From: Deltaproteobacteria bacterium
GTDB taxonomy: Bacteria; Myxococcota; JACRCW01
NCBI GenBank assembly: GCA_016218805.1
Contig: JACRCW010000022.1
Coordinates: 53,470-73,469 of the forward strand
Length of the DNA: 20,000 nt
Direction: 5' to 3'
The position numbers and the translations under genes are program-made. This document shows, piece by piece, positions 1 to 8,163 of this stretch; the first letter of the stretch is position 1; the number at the start of each line of letters is the position of its first letter. The notes under the pieces were generated by a model, which ran no database searches, was not told the origin of the DNA, and was given only the letters and a program-made list of their open reading frames with translations.

Positions 1-1
1 G

Positions 2-1432
2 TCCAACTGCGGCAACGACTGCAACGCCAACTTCAACAACGACGGCTACCTGGGCGGCGGCGCCGTGCCCGGCGAGGCGGTGCGCAGCCGCGCCGCATGG
101 GCCGCGTCCCACGGCGCGGCGTTCCTGGCCACCGTGCCCATGCTGGGCTTTGTGGCGGGGGACAGCGCGGGGGCCATGAGCCTGGCCACGCCGGTGACGG
201 CACGCCGGGCCAACCGGTTCGTCATCTCACGCGCGCGCAAGGGCGCGCCCCCAGCGGCGGTCCCCAACGTGCGTGACGGTCTGGTCCACCAGGATGAATT
301 CGTGGCATTCCTGGAGCGGGCCTTTCCCGCGGCGGAACGTCGGGCGGAGACGCCGCTGTGGTACTCGCTGGACAACGAGCCGGATATCTGGGGTTCCACG
401 CACGAGGCAATTCGGGGCAATTGCGCGGGTCCGGGGCGTTGCGTGTTGACGGGCTATGACGAACTGGCCGACCTGGGCATTGAATACGCATCCGCGGTGA
501 AGGGCGTGGCGCCCGCCGCGCTGGTGTTTGGCCCCGTGCTCACCAACTGGAACGGGTTCACCAACCTGTTTCATAACGACACGCCGGACCCCGCCGGCCG
601 GCAGTTCTACCTGGCGTACTACCTGAACCGGATGCGCGCGGCGGAACAGGCCGCCGGGCGCCGCCTGCTGGATGTGCTGGACGTGCACTGGTACGCGGAG
701 GCGGTCAGCGCGCGCTCCCAGTCAGTGGCCAATGAATGGGCGGAGCAGGATGAGGACATGATCCAGGCCCGCGTGCAGGCGCCGCGTTCCCTGTGGGATC
801 CCGGCTACCGCGAGCGCAGCTGGGTGACCCGGGTGACGTTGGGACCCATCCGGCTGATCCCCCGGCTGCGCGAGCTGATTGCCCAGCATTACCCGGGAAC
901 GCGCATTGCGATTACCGAGTATTTCTACCACCGGGGCGGAGACATCTCCGGCGCGCTGGCCCAGGCGGACGCCCTGGGCATCTTCGGGCGGGAGGGTGTG
1001 TTCGCGGCCACGTTGTGGCCCCAGGGTTCGCGCTGGGCATACAAGGGTAACCTGGAACAGAGCTACGCGTGCGTGTTTGCCGCGTTCCGCGCCTTCCGTG
1101 ACTATGACGGGCACGGGGCCGCGTTCGGCGATATCTCGCTGGGCACCACGAATCCCGACGTGGAGCGCACCAGCGTCTACGCCAGTGTGGATGCCGCCCA
1201 ACCCCGGCGCATGGTGGTGGTGGCGCTCAACAAGTCAGCCGCGGATGTGGCGGCAAAGGTCACGCTGGCCAACGCGCCCGCCGTGGAAGCCGCCGCGGCG
1301 TGGCGCGTGACCGGCACCGTGGGGCGTTGCACGGGACCGGTGGCCGTGACGCCGGACCCCGTCGTCTCGCAGGACACCGTTGCGCTGACGCTTCCCCCGC
1401 TCAGCATCACCACGCTGGTGCTCAATCCGTAA
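2..1432 (+). CDS. Glycoside hydrolase family 44 (endoglucanase/xyloglucanase-like), 5'-truncated by the window edge
   Basis: The frame is open from position 2 (SNCGNDCNANFNNDGYL...). GH44 motifs are present: YSLDNEPDIW (acid/base Glu), LLDVLDVHWY, APRSLWDPGY.E.SW, IAITEY (nucleophile Glu) and ISGALAQADALGIFGREG. The C-terminus has a beta-sandwich signature (LTLPPLSITTLVL). Confidence 0.9.
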   Translation, partial: SNCGNDCNANFNNDGYLGGGAVPGEAVRSRAAWAASHGAAFLATVPMLGFVAGDSAGAMSLATPVTARRANRFVISRARKGAPPAAVPNVRDGLVHQDEFVAFLERAFPAAERRAETPLWYSLDNEPDIWGSTHEAIRGNCAGPGRCVLTGYDELADLGIEYASAVKGVAPAALVFGPVLTNWNGFTNLFHNDTPDPAGRQFYLAYYLNRMRAAEQAAGRRLLDVLDVHWYAEAVSARSQSVANEWAEQDEDMIQARVQAPRSLWDPGYRERSWVTRVTLGPIRLIPRLRELIAQHYPGTRIAITEYFYHRGGDISGALAQADALGIFGREGVFAATLWPQGSRWAYKGNLEQSYACVFAAFRAFRDYDGHGAAFGDISLGTTNPDVERTSVYASVDAAQPRRMVVVALNKSAADVAAKVTLANAPAVEAAAAWRVTGTVGRCTGPVAVTPDPVVSQDTVALTLPPLSITTLVLNP

Positions 1433-1446
1433 ACGCGTGCCGGCTT

Positions 1447-2634
1447 TCAGGCGTCTTCCACCAGCGCCACGCTGCACGGGTACTCCGCGCGCGCCCGGCG
1501 GAGGACCTCCAGCAGGCGGTCCCGCGTCCGCACCACGCCGCGCGTGAACAGCGTGATGGACCGCAGGGGTGGGAACTGCGCGGCGCGGAAGCGCTCCAGC
1601 AGCGCAGCCTCCGCGTCCGCGTCCAACTCCCCATCCTGCCCCAGCCACGCCACGGGCTCCGCCCCGCGCCACATCACCACCGGCCGGCAGGCAAACAGCG
1701 CGGGCGGCAACCCCGGGCTGCTGCACACGGCCAGGTCCACCGCCTCCGCCGAGTGGTGGAAGGTGCAGCCGAACCGCCGCTTGTGGACAAACACCCCGTC
1801 ATTGAGGACCGCGCGGGTCCAGCCCATGTGAATCTCCGCAAATCCCTCCCGGACGGCGTAGGTCAGCAGCGCGGCTTCAAGGCGATTGTAGGGCTCGGTC
1901 AGCTGCGTCGGCGCCAGGGATTGGCAATGCTCCACGCCCACCTTCCAGTAGTGCAGCACGCGCGGCCGGTGCGGGAACGTGCACACCAGCGCTCCGCTGG
2001 CGGCAATACCCTCGCCCTCCTCCGTGAGGAGCAGGCGGCCGCTGCGGCGGAACTGCTGCTCCATCACGTCCATGGATGTGACGCTGGCCTCCAGGCCAAA
2101 GCGCGTGGTGGCGGTGGGCAGGTACATGTCCGTGTAGAAGGATTGGAACTCTGCGGGATCCGCTGAGACGCGCCACGGAACGCCCTTGCGCAGCGTGCGC
2201 TGCATCTTCTTGCGCGCGCCCACGGAACGGTACTGCGCAAGCTGTTCCTCCATGTTGGCCCGCACCGGGAGCATGGCCTCAACAAACGGCGCCAGCACAG
2301 GCTCCCGCCACGCCGTCCCGGGCGACAGGAACGTGTCCACCAGGCCCACGTCCACGCCGTGGAGATGGCCGCGCACGTGCCGGCGGTCCAGCAGGAAGCG
2401 CGCAAGCCCGTACACGCGGTGCGGCTCTCCGTCTGTCGCATCCGACGCGGCATCCTCAAAGAACATCCGGCAGTCGTTGGAGAAGCGCGCGCGCCCCACG
2501 TAGTGGATGGACAGGGGTGTGCGTGCACTGGCCATCAAACCACGGTGTACGTGCGAAACGAATCCGTCGTCGCGCAACAGGTCGCCTGCCGTGTCACGAG
2601 CGTGCCGCAACGTCTCGATGAGCTGGGTTTCCAT
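1447..2634 (-). CDS. Hypothetical protein, probable GNAT/FemAB-like acyltransferase fold (395 aa)
   Basis: Long ORF with GGAG RBS before the ATG at 2634. Motifs ARKKMQRTLRKG, FQSFYTDMY and YAVREGFAEIHMGWT...DGVFVHKRRFG resemble the FemAB/Acetyltransf_6 C-terminal 'G....FK..FG' signature. Confidence 0.6.
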   Translation of the reverse strand: METQLIETLRHARDTAGDLLRDDGFVSHVHRGLMASARTPLSIHYVGRARFSNDCRMFFEDAASDATDGEPHRVYGLARFLLDRRHVRGHLHGVDVGLVDTFLSPGTAWREPVLAPFVEAMLPVRANMEEQLAQYRSVGARKKMQRTLRKGVPWRVSADPAEFQSFYTDMYLPTATTRFGLEASVTSMDVMEQQFRRSGRLLLTEEGEGIAASGALVCTFPHRPRVLHYWKVGVEHCQSLAPTQLTEPYNRLEAALLTYAVREGFAEIHMGWTRAVLNDGVFVHKRRFGCTFHHSAEAVDLAVCSSPGLPPALFACRPVVMWRGAEPVAWLGQDGELDADAEAALLERFRAAQFPPLRSITLFTRGVVRTRDRLLEVLRRARAEYPCSVALVEDA

Positions 2635-2663
2635 GCTGCGCTCCACCAATGCATGGCCGCTTC

Positions 2664-2678
2664 GCATCGGCCGTGCCG
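2664..2678 (-). promoter_or_regulatory. Putative sigma54 (-24/-12) promoter for the GNAT-like gene
   Basis: Minus strand reads CGGCACG-GCCG-ATGC, matching TGGCACG-N4-TTGC with exact GG-N10-GC spacing, about 30 nt upstream of ATG 2634. Confidence 0.5.
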
Positions 2679-2703
2679 TTTGGAAGACGGTTCACGCCAC
2701 AGC

Positions 2704-2719
2704 GGGCACGCTCCCTGCA
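2704..2719 (+). promoter_or_regulatory. Putative sigma54 (-24/-12) promoter for the Cys-rich lipoprotein gene
   Basis: GGGCACG-CTCC-CTGCA has exact GG-N10-GC spacing and lies about 40 nt upstream of ATG 2761. Confidence 0.5.
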
Positions 2720-2760
2720 GCGTCGACACGGCGGGACAGACCCGGACGGGAGCGGCAGTC

Positions 2761-3762
2761 ATGCAACGACTCGCCTTGCTGGTGGTGGTGGCTTCGGTGG
2801 CGAACGCGTGTACGAGCGGGAGCGTAGCCGACGGAGGGACCGCAGCGGTCGACGGAGGAGCGGCGGGGGCCTCCTCCGGCGGCGGGGGGGCCACCACCAG
2901 CGAGGGTTCTACCAGCAGCGCCGCCAGTTCGGGCGGCGCGGCGTCCGGGGACCCCTCGTCGGGCACCACGGTGTCGTCGTCCAGCGCAGCGTCCAGCCGC
3001 GGACCCGAGTGCAGCGAGACGCTCGCGTGCACCACCGGGACCTGCTGCACCGGGACGTGCGCCAACCTGGCCACGCACTTTGCCCACTGCAGCGCGTGTG
3101 ACACCCCGTGCGAGGCGCGCGAGTTCTGCCTGGACACCGCGTGCGTGGCAGCCACCCTGGCCAACAGCTGCGTCACCGGCAGTGCGTTGCTGCTGCTGGA
3201 CGGTTACCGCCCTGACGACGGGACCGCGCGGGCCATGGGCGCAGCGCTGGTGAGCGCGTGCCATCCCGCGCCACTGGCTCTGCTGGAAGGCGGCACACGG
3301 GACCCCGCGTTCGTGTCTCCGGACACCGGGCTCCCGGTGAAGCGTGATGAACGCCTGATCGTGACCGTGGGTGGTCCGTTTGTGAACGCCGTGGTGGGCG
3401 CCTACGAGGCCAGTGGGGTCGCGCCGCTGTTCTTTGACCGGGCCGCGGACCCGACGCTGCGCGTCCTGCGCGTGACCGCCACCGGAGACGTGGCGCTCCA
3501 GGTGGAGGATGCCGCGGTCACCATGTGCCATGACTACTTCCTGCTGGAGGTCTTCCGCGACCCCGTCGACGGGCGCCTGGTGGTTGCCGCCTATGGCCTC
3601 TACGAGGACGGAACCCGGGCCGCGGGCGTGTACTTTGCCCAGACTCTCATCCCACTCCTTGCAGTGCAGCAGCAGGAATGGCTGGTGGTGGAGTGGACGG
3701 ACCCGTTGTGTGACGGACCTGACGCCACGGACACGTTCGCACGGGTGTCCACGTCGGACTGA
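2761..3762 (+). CDS. Cys-rich lipoprotein with Ser/Gly linker and a C-terminal domain resembling S-layer C-terminal domains (333 aa)
   Basis: GGGAG RBS; signal peptide with lipobox (MQRLALLVVVASVANA-C); S/G/T linker; Cys module CCTGTC.NL.T...HCSACDTPC...EFC...C; motifs LIVTVGGPFVN and VAAYGLYEDGTRAA. Confidence 0.75.
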   Translation: MQRLALLVVVASVANACTSGSVADGGTAAVDGGAAGASSGGGGATTSEGSTSSAASSGGAASGDPSSGTTVSSSSAASSRGPECSETLACTTGTCCTGTCANLATHFAHCSACDTPCEAREFCLDTACVAATLANSCVTGSALLLLDGYRPDDGTARAMGAALVSACHPAPLALLEGGTRDPAFVSPDTGLPVKRDERLIVTVGGPFVNAVVGAYEASGVAPLFFDRAADPTLRVLRVTATGDVALQVEDAAVTMCHDYFLLEVFRDPVDGRLVVAAYGLYEDGTRAAGVYFAQTLIPLLAVQQQEWLVVEWTDPLCDGPDATDTFARVSTSD

Positions 3763-3772
3763 AGCGCATTCT

Positions 3773-3800
3773 CCCGTCGTCTCGAAGCGAGACGGACGGG
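3773..3800 (+). terminator. GC-rich stem-loop downstream of the lipoprotein gene (terminator-like, no U-tract)
   Basis: CCCGTCGTCTCG-AAG-CGAGAC(G)GACGGG forms a 12-bp stem with one bulge, 10 nt after the stop at 3762. Confidence 0.5.
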
Positions 3801-3956
3801 GGTGCGCGCCCCCCGCGGCAACAGCGTAAGAACGCCAAGAGGCAGAGCGGTGGCCGCCGCCCTGACCGGGAGCGCATGGCCTCAGCTTTCCGAGGTGCTT
3901 GAGCGATTCCCGAGGGCAAAGCGGCGCGCGGGGCTTGATTCGCCACAGGATTCTGC

Positions 3957-3971
3957 TGGCCCGGGGCTTGC
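3957..3971 (+). promoter_or_regulatory. Putative sigma54 promoter upstream of the serpin
   Basis: TGGCCCG-GGGC-TTGC differs from the consensus TGGCACG-N4-TTGC at one position and lies about 47 nt upstream of ATG 4018. Confidence 0.65.
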
Positions 3972-4017
3972 CTATGCGGGCCGCCGTGCGCGCTTTGCGC
4001 ACCCTGTGGAGGCAGTC

Positions 4018-5343
4018 ATGCGGCGTGTGACGATGGGTACGGCGGGCATGTGGACGGCGGCGGCCTTGGCCTTTCTGGCGGGCTGCGGTGACGGCGGAGG
4101 CGGTGGCGGTGGCGGCAGCAGCAGCTCCGGGGGCGCCGCTCCCGGCTCAGAAGTCCGCTCGTCCCTGCCGCGGGTGACCTCGCCCATCGTCAGCGCGGAC
4201 GACCGCACCGCGCTCGCGGCGGGAAACCGCGCGTTTGCCACCTCGCTGTTCCAGCGCCTGCGCTCCTCCGGCGCCAACGTGTTCTTCTCACCGCACAGCA
4301 TCTCCGAGGCGCTGGCCATGGCCTACGCCGGTGCGCGCGGGACCACCGCCAGCCAGATGGAAACCGCGCTGCACTACAGCCTGGGACAGGCCGGCCTGCA
4401 CAACGCGTTCAATGAACTGGACCTGGCGCTGGCCAGCCGCGGCCAGAACGCGCAATCCGACGCAGGCGTGCCGTTCCGCCTGCGCGCGGTCAACGCCACG
4501 TGGGGCCAGTCCGGTTACGCGTTCGAGCCGGCTTTTCTTGACGTCATGGCCGCCAACTATGGCGCCGGCCTGCGCGTGCTGGACTACGCCACGGATCCGG
4601 ACGGCTCACGCCAGGTCATCAACGGCTGGGTCTCCGAGCAGACCGAGCAGAAGATCCCCGAGCTCATTGCGCCGGGCCTCCTCACGACGTCCACGCGCCT
4701 GGTCCTCACCAACGCCATCTACTTCCACGCGGCGTGGGCGGAACCGTTTGACCCCGAGGACACCGTGCAGCGTCCCTTCACGAACGCAGACGCCACCACC
4801 GCCAACGTGGACATGGTCGTCGGGCGGCGCGCGCTGAACGCGGGCACCGGCAACGGGTTCACGGGCGTGGAAATCCCGTATGACGGCCGCGAACTCTCCA
4901 TGGTGGTGCTGCGGCCGGACGCCGGGCGCTTTGACGACGTGGAAGCGGCGCTGGACGCGCCCTTCCTGTCCGCCATCATCGCCGGCATGACCCACCAGGA
5001 CGTGGACCTCAAGCTCCCCAAGTTCCGCCTGGAGTACAGCGCCAACCTTGCGGACACGCTGAAGGCCCTGGGCATGACGGACGCGTTTGATTCCTCCACC
5101 GCGGATTTCACGGGCATCACCGTGCAGGAGCAGCTGTTCATCTCCGACGTGGTCCACAAGTCCTTCATCGGCGTGGATGAGAAGGGCACGGAGGCCGCCG
5201 CGGCCACCGCGGTGGTGTTTGCGGGCAGCGGCGTGCCAACCGACGTGCTGGACTTTGAGGTGAACCGCCCGTTCATCTTCCTCATCCGCGACCTGCAGAC
5301 CGGCGCCATCCTGTTCATGGGCCGGATCACGCAGCTGGGCTGA
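4018..5343 (+). CDS. Serpin (serine protease inhibitor), lipoprotein (441 aa)
   Basis: GGAGG RBS; lipobox LAG-C; serpin motifs NVFFSPHSI, INGWVSEQTE.KIPEL, LVLTNAIYF.A.W..PF, LPKF, hinge DEKGTEAAAATAV and FEVNRPFIFLIRD..TGAILFMGR. Confidence 0.95.
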   Translation: MRRVTMGTAGMWTAAALAFLAGCGDGGGGGGGGSSSSGGAAPGSEVRSSLPRVTSPIVSADDRTALAAGNRAFATSLFQRLRSSGANVFFSPHSISEALAMAYAGARGTTASQMETALHYSLGQAGLHNAFNELDLALASRGQNAQSDAGVPFRLRAVNATWGQSGYAFEPAFLDVMAANYGAGLRVLDYATDPDGSRQVINGWVSEQTEQKIPELIAPGLLTTSTRLVLTNAIYFHAAWAEPFDPEDTVQRPFTNADATTANVDMVVGRRALNAGTGNGFTGVEIPYDGRELSMVVLRPDAGRFDDVEAALDAPFLSAIIAGMTHQDVDLKLPKFRLEYSANLADTLKALGMTDAFDSSTADFTGITVQEQLFISDVVHKSFIGVDEKGTEAAAATAVVFAGSGVPTDVLDFEVNRPFIFLIRDLQTGAILFMGRITQLG

Positions 5344-5349
5344 GGCGAA

Positions 5350-6585
5350 TCAGAACTCGCACGCGGTGAGCTGCCAGTTCAGCGGCGCGGGGTTGCTGCC
5401 CGGCTGCGCCCACGGCGGCGGGGTGGACAGCTTCACGGGTCCGCGGCCCAACACGTACCAGCCCACGTTGTCCTGGACGGACCCGCCAACGTCCAGGTGC
5501 TGCCGGATGCGCAACGCGCGCACGGTGCCTTCGGGCACCACCACATCCTCCTCGGCCTCCACCGTGACGGTGCTCTGGAGCGTCACCGTGCGGTTGATGG
5601 GACCCAACGGCGTCTGGGCCAGCACCTGCGCCTGCACGCTCTGGTTGAAGGACGTTCCGGTGGCCATGTTGGCGCGCAGCACATCCACCGGCGACGCCGG
5701 CGTGATGGAACTCGTCGTCGTGACGCCGTTCGCGGTGGTCTCCATCTGCAGCGCCACCTGCGACAGGACGTTGGATGCGCACTGGTAGTCCTGCGTCACG
5801 GTGGCGGTGTTGCCGTCCGCGTTGGAGCTTGTACGCACGCGCAACGCGGCCAGCGTCTCCATGACCTGCGTCCCGGAACCCGACGAGGAAGCGAGCGTGT
5901 ACGTCCACGTGCGGCCCGCGGCGTCCACCGGCCACATCGGGTGGCATCCCGCTGCGCTGCATCCTTGCGGCGCACCCGCGTCTGGAACCGCGCCGCCCGA
6001 CGACGACGAAGCAGACGATGAACCGCTGCCCGGCGGTGGCACAGCGTGCACGCAGCCGCCGCCGAAGTTCTCCGCGCCCGGCGTGGCCGCCGTCAGGTCC
6101 GCCACGCGCACGTCGCCATCGTCATCGCCGCGGCTCTCACAGTCACACCGGCGCGTGACGGCGGCGCGCGTGGCAGCGCCCAGCGTGAAGGCCAGCGCGT
6201 CCACCTGGACCAGATCCGCGTCATACAGCTTGAGCACGGCGCGGGCCGGCGTGACCGGGACGTCAAACGCCGCGTGCACATCCGGAACGGTGTTGCCCGG
6301 GCCAATGATGTTGTGCCGGCCGGGGTACAGCACGTCGTCGTCACCAAACTCGTGGAGGGTGGTCTCCTGCCCATTGACCTCCAGGCGCAGGCGCCACCCC
6401 TTCAGCGGCCGGTCCTCGGTGCCGCGGTTGCAGACCTCCACCCAGTCCGCGTCGGTGCCAGAACCGTCACGGTGCGCGGGCGCCAGCTCGTTGAGGACGT
6501 AGGGCCCGTGCTCCGCCGTGAAGAAGCGGCATCCGCCCGCCGCCAGGAGCGCCAGACCGCCAAGGACTGCCCGGGTTGCACGCAT
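5350..6585 (-). CDS. Lipoprotein with N-terminal lamin tail domain (LTD) and C-terminal beta-rich domain (411 aa)
   Basis: Lipobox AGG-C; LTD signature VLNEL...DWVEVCN.G....LKGWRL...ATPGAEN; SSSSGG linker; C-terminal motif E.VVVPEGT...L.I...WY..G.G.VK. ATG 6585 was chosen because it precedes the signal peptide. Confidence 0.75.
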   Translation of the reverse strand: MRATRAVLGGLALLAAGGCRFFTAEHGPYVLNELAPAHRDGSGTDADWVEVCNRGTEDRPLKGWRLRLEVNGQETTLHEFGDDDVLYPGRHNIIGPGNTVPDVHAAFDVPVTPARAVLKLYDADLVQVDALAFTLGAATRAAVTRRCDCESRGDDDGDVRVADLTAATPGAENFGGGCVHAVPPPGSGSSSASSSSGGAVPDAGAPQGCSAAGCHPMWPVDAAGRTWTYTLASSSGSGTQVMETLAALRVRTSSNADGNTATVTQDYQCASNVLSQVALQMETTANGVTTTSSITPASPVDVLRANMATGTSFNQSVQAQVLAQTPLGPINRTVTLQSTVTVEAEEDVVVPEGTVRALRIRQHLDVGGSVQDNVGWYVLGRGPVKLSTPPPWAQPGSNPAPLNWQLTACEF

Positions 6586-6628
6586 GGCGTCGTGGGTAGC
6601 GCCGCTCCACGCGCGGGGCAACCGCGCC

Positions 6629-7864
6629 TCACCGCCCGGACACGCCGGTGCCGTCCCGGTACGCGCGCCCCTTCCACGTCACTGAGCCTCCCCGCAGCGC
6701 CGTCCAGGTGGACTTGAGCAGCAACGCGCACACCACGGCCGCCCCCAACGGCGCAAACAGCGCGTAGCCCGGCGGCTGCCCGCCCAACCTCCGCAGGGAC
6801 GCCTGCATGGCCAGTGGAACCACGTATCCCGCCACCCACGGCAGCGGCGCGCCGGTTCCGGACCACGCAAGCCACGCCGCCACCACGCCGCAGAACGTGG
6901 GTGATGCGCCCAACAGCAGGGATGCCAACGCATACGCCGTCACCTTGCCCGGCGTCCCACCGACGAGCCGATAGGCGTTCTTGGACCAGCCCTGCCACAG
7001 CTCACCCAGGGATTCGTACATGCGCGTGGAGCAGACCGCCTGCCCGTCCGCCAGCGCCACGCGCCGCCGCTGCCGCTTGACCAGTTCCGCCAGCGCCACG
7101 TCTTCCAGCACCAGTGACTTCACCGCTTCATGCCCGCCCACGGCGGCGTACGCCTCCGGCGTGACCATCATGAACTGCCCGTTGGCCAGCACTGCCGCGT
7201 GGTCCGGGTCATTCACCTGTGACGGGCGGTGCCGCGCCGTGACCAACCCGCCAACGGACGGGCCCGCCACGTGCTCCCAGAAACTGCGGCACACCAGGTG
7301 CGGCAGCGCGCTGGCCAGGCCCAGTCCCTGCTCCTGCACCAGCTCCGCCATCTCTGCCACCGCCGTCGGCCGCAACACCACGTCCGCGTCCACAAACAGC
7401 AGCGCGTGCGGAGCCACGTCGTCCGCCATCCGGCCGCTCATCACGTTGTAGCCCGCCGCTTCCATGGCCCGCACCAGCGCGTGCGGCTTGCCGCACCAGC
7501 CCGGCGGCGGTTCGGCGGTGCCGCGGTACAGCGTGACGCGCCCCTCGCTCTGCTCTGCCACCTCCAACGCGCGCGCCGCGGTACCGTCGTGGGAGCGGTC
7601 GTCGTACACGGCCACCCGCAGGTCCACGCCCTGCTGCGCCACCAGGCTGCGCAGGCAACTGGCAATGCACGTCTCCTCGTCGCGCGCGGGCACAATGGCC
7701 AGGACGCGCGCCCGCTCCACGGGGCGGGGCAGCCGGCCCGTCAGGCGCGGCATGCGGCGGTGTTCGGAGCGCGTCACCCACGCGAGCCCCACCCAAACCA
7801 GCGCCACCAGCAGGGGAAAGTACGGCACGGAGACGTTGTAGACCCGCGTGTGCCGCGTCTTCAA
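6629..7864 (-). CDS. Family 2 glycosyltransferase (HpnB/CrtQ/CruC-like, membrane-bound); start uncertain (TTG 7864 or GTG 7828)
   Basis: Motifs IVPARDEE, YDDRSHDGT, PPPGWCGKPHAL, LLFVDADV, NGQFMMV, EDVALA, RMY...GWSKN, C-terminal TM helices and TWKGR.Y. Confidence 0.88.
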   Translation of the reverse strand: MKTRHTRVYNVSVPYFPLLVALVWVGLAWVTRSEHRRMPRLTGRLPRPVERARVLAIVPARDEETCIASCLRSLVAQQGVDLRVAVYDDRSHDGTAARALEVAEQSEGRVTLYRGTAEPPPGWCGKPHALVRAMEAAGYNVMSGRMADDVAPHALLFVDADVVLRPTAVAEMAELVQEQGLGLASALPHLVCRSFWEHVAGPSVGGLVTARHRPSQVNDPDHAAVLANGQFMMVTPEAYAAVGGHEAVKSLVLEDVALAELVKRQRRRVALADGQAVCSTRMYESLGELWQGWSKNAYRLVGGTPGKVTAYALASLLLGASPTFCGVVAAWLAWSGTGAPLPWVAGYVVPLAMQASLRRLGGQPPGYALFAPLGAAVVCALLLKSTWTALRGGSVTWKGRAYRDGTGVSGR

Positions 7865-7876
7865 AGGACTCAGCGC
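7859..7876. repeat. 18-bp direct repeat copy 1 (CTTCAAAGGACTCAGCGC), followed by a degenerate hrpB 3'-end copy to about 7915
   Basis: Identical to 11087..11104. Confidence 0.9.
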
Positions 7877-8163
7877 GGGCGTGTGCGGGTGGCTCCTGTG
7901 CGCGGGCCGCCGTGCCCTGGGTCAGCACCGGGCGTGTTGCTCCTACGCCGGACGCACCGCCAGGCAGTGAAACGCGCGCGTCGTTCGCTGTCTTCGCACC
8001 CGGGCAACAGGGTGAAATCCGTGACTTTCGCCTGTTCCCGTGAGCCACAAATGTTCCGTTCCGAAGCCGCGTCCCACCCAACCAGCAAACATCTCGCGCT
8101 ATCGGTGCTTGTTGCGGAGAACAACGGGGCGCAGGATGCGTGGCTTCAGAAAGGGGATGACAC

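Noticed and set aside
7870..8124. 84-aa minus-strand ORF
   Set aside because: No recognisable domain or coding-like bias. Its 3' end is the frameshifted hrpB relic, and the rest is probably the upstream region of the 8164 gene.
8125..8139. Possible sigma54 box CGGGGCG-CAGG-ATGC before the beta-helix gene
   Set aside because: GG-N10-GC spacing is correct, but the -24 element lacks the CAC core and such matches are expected by chance at this GC.
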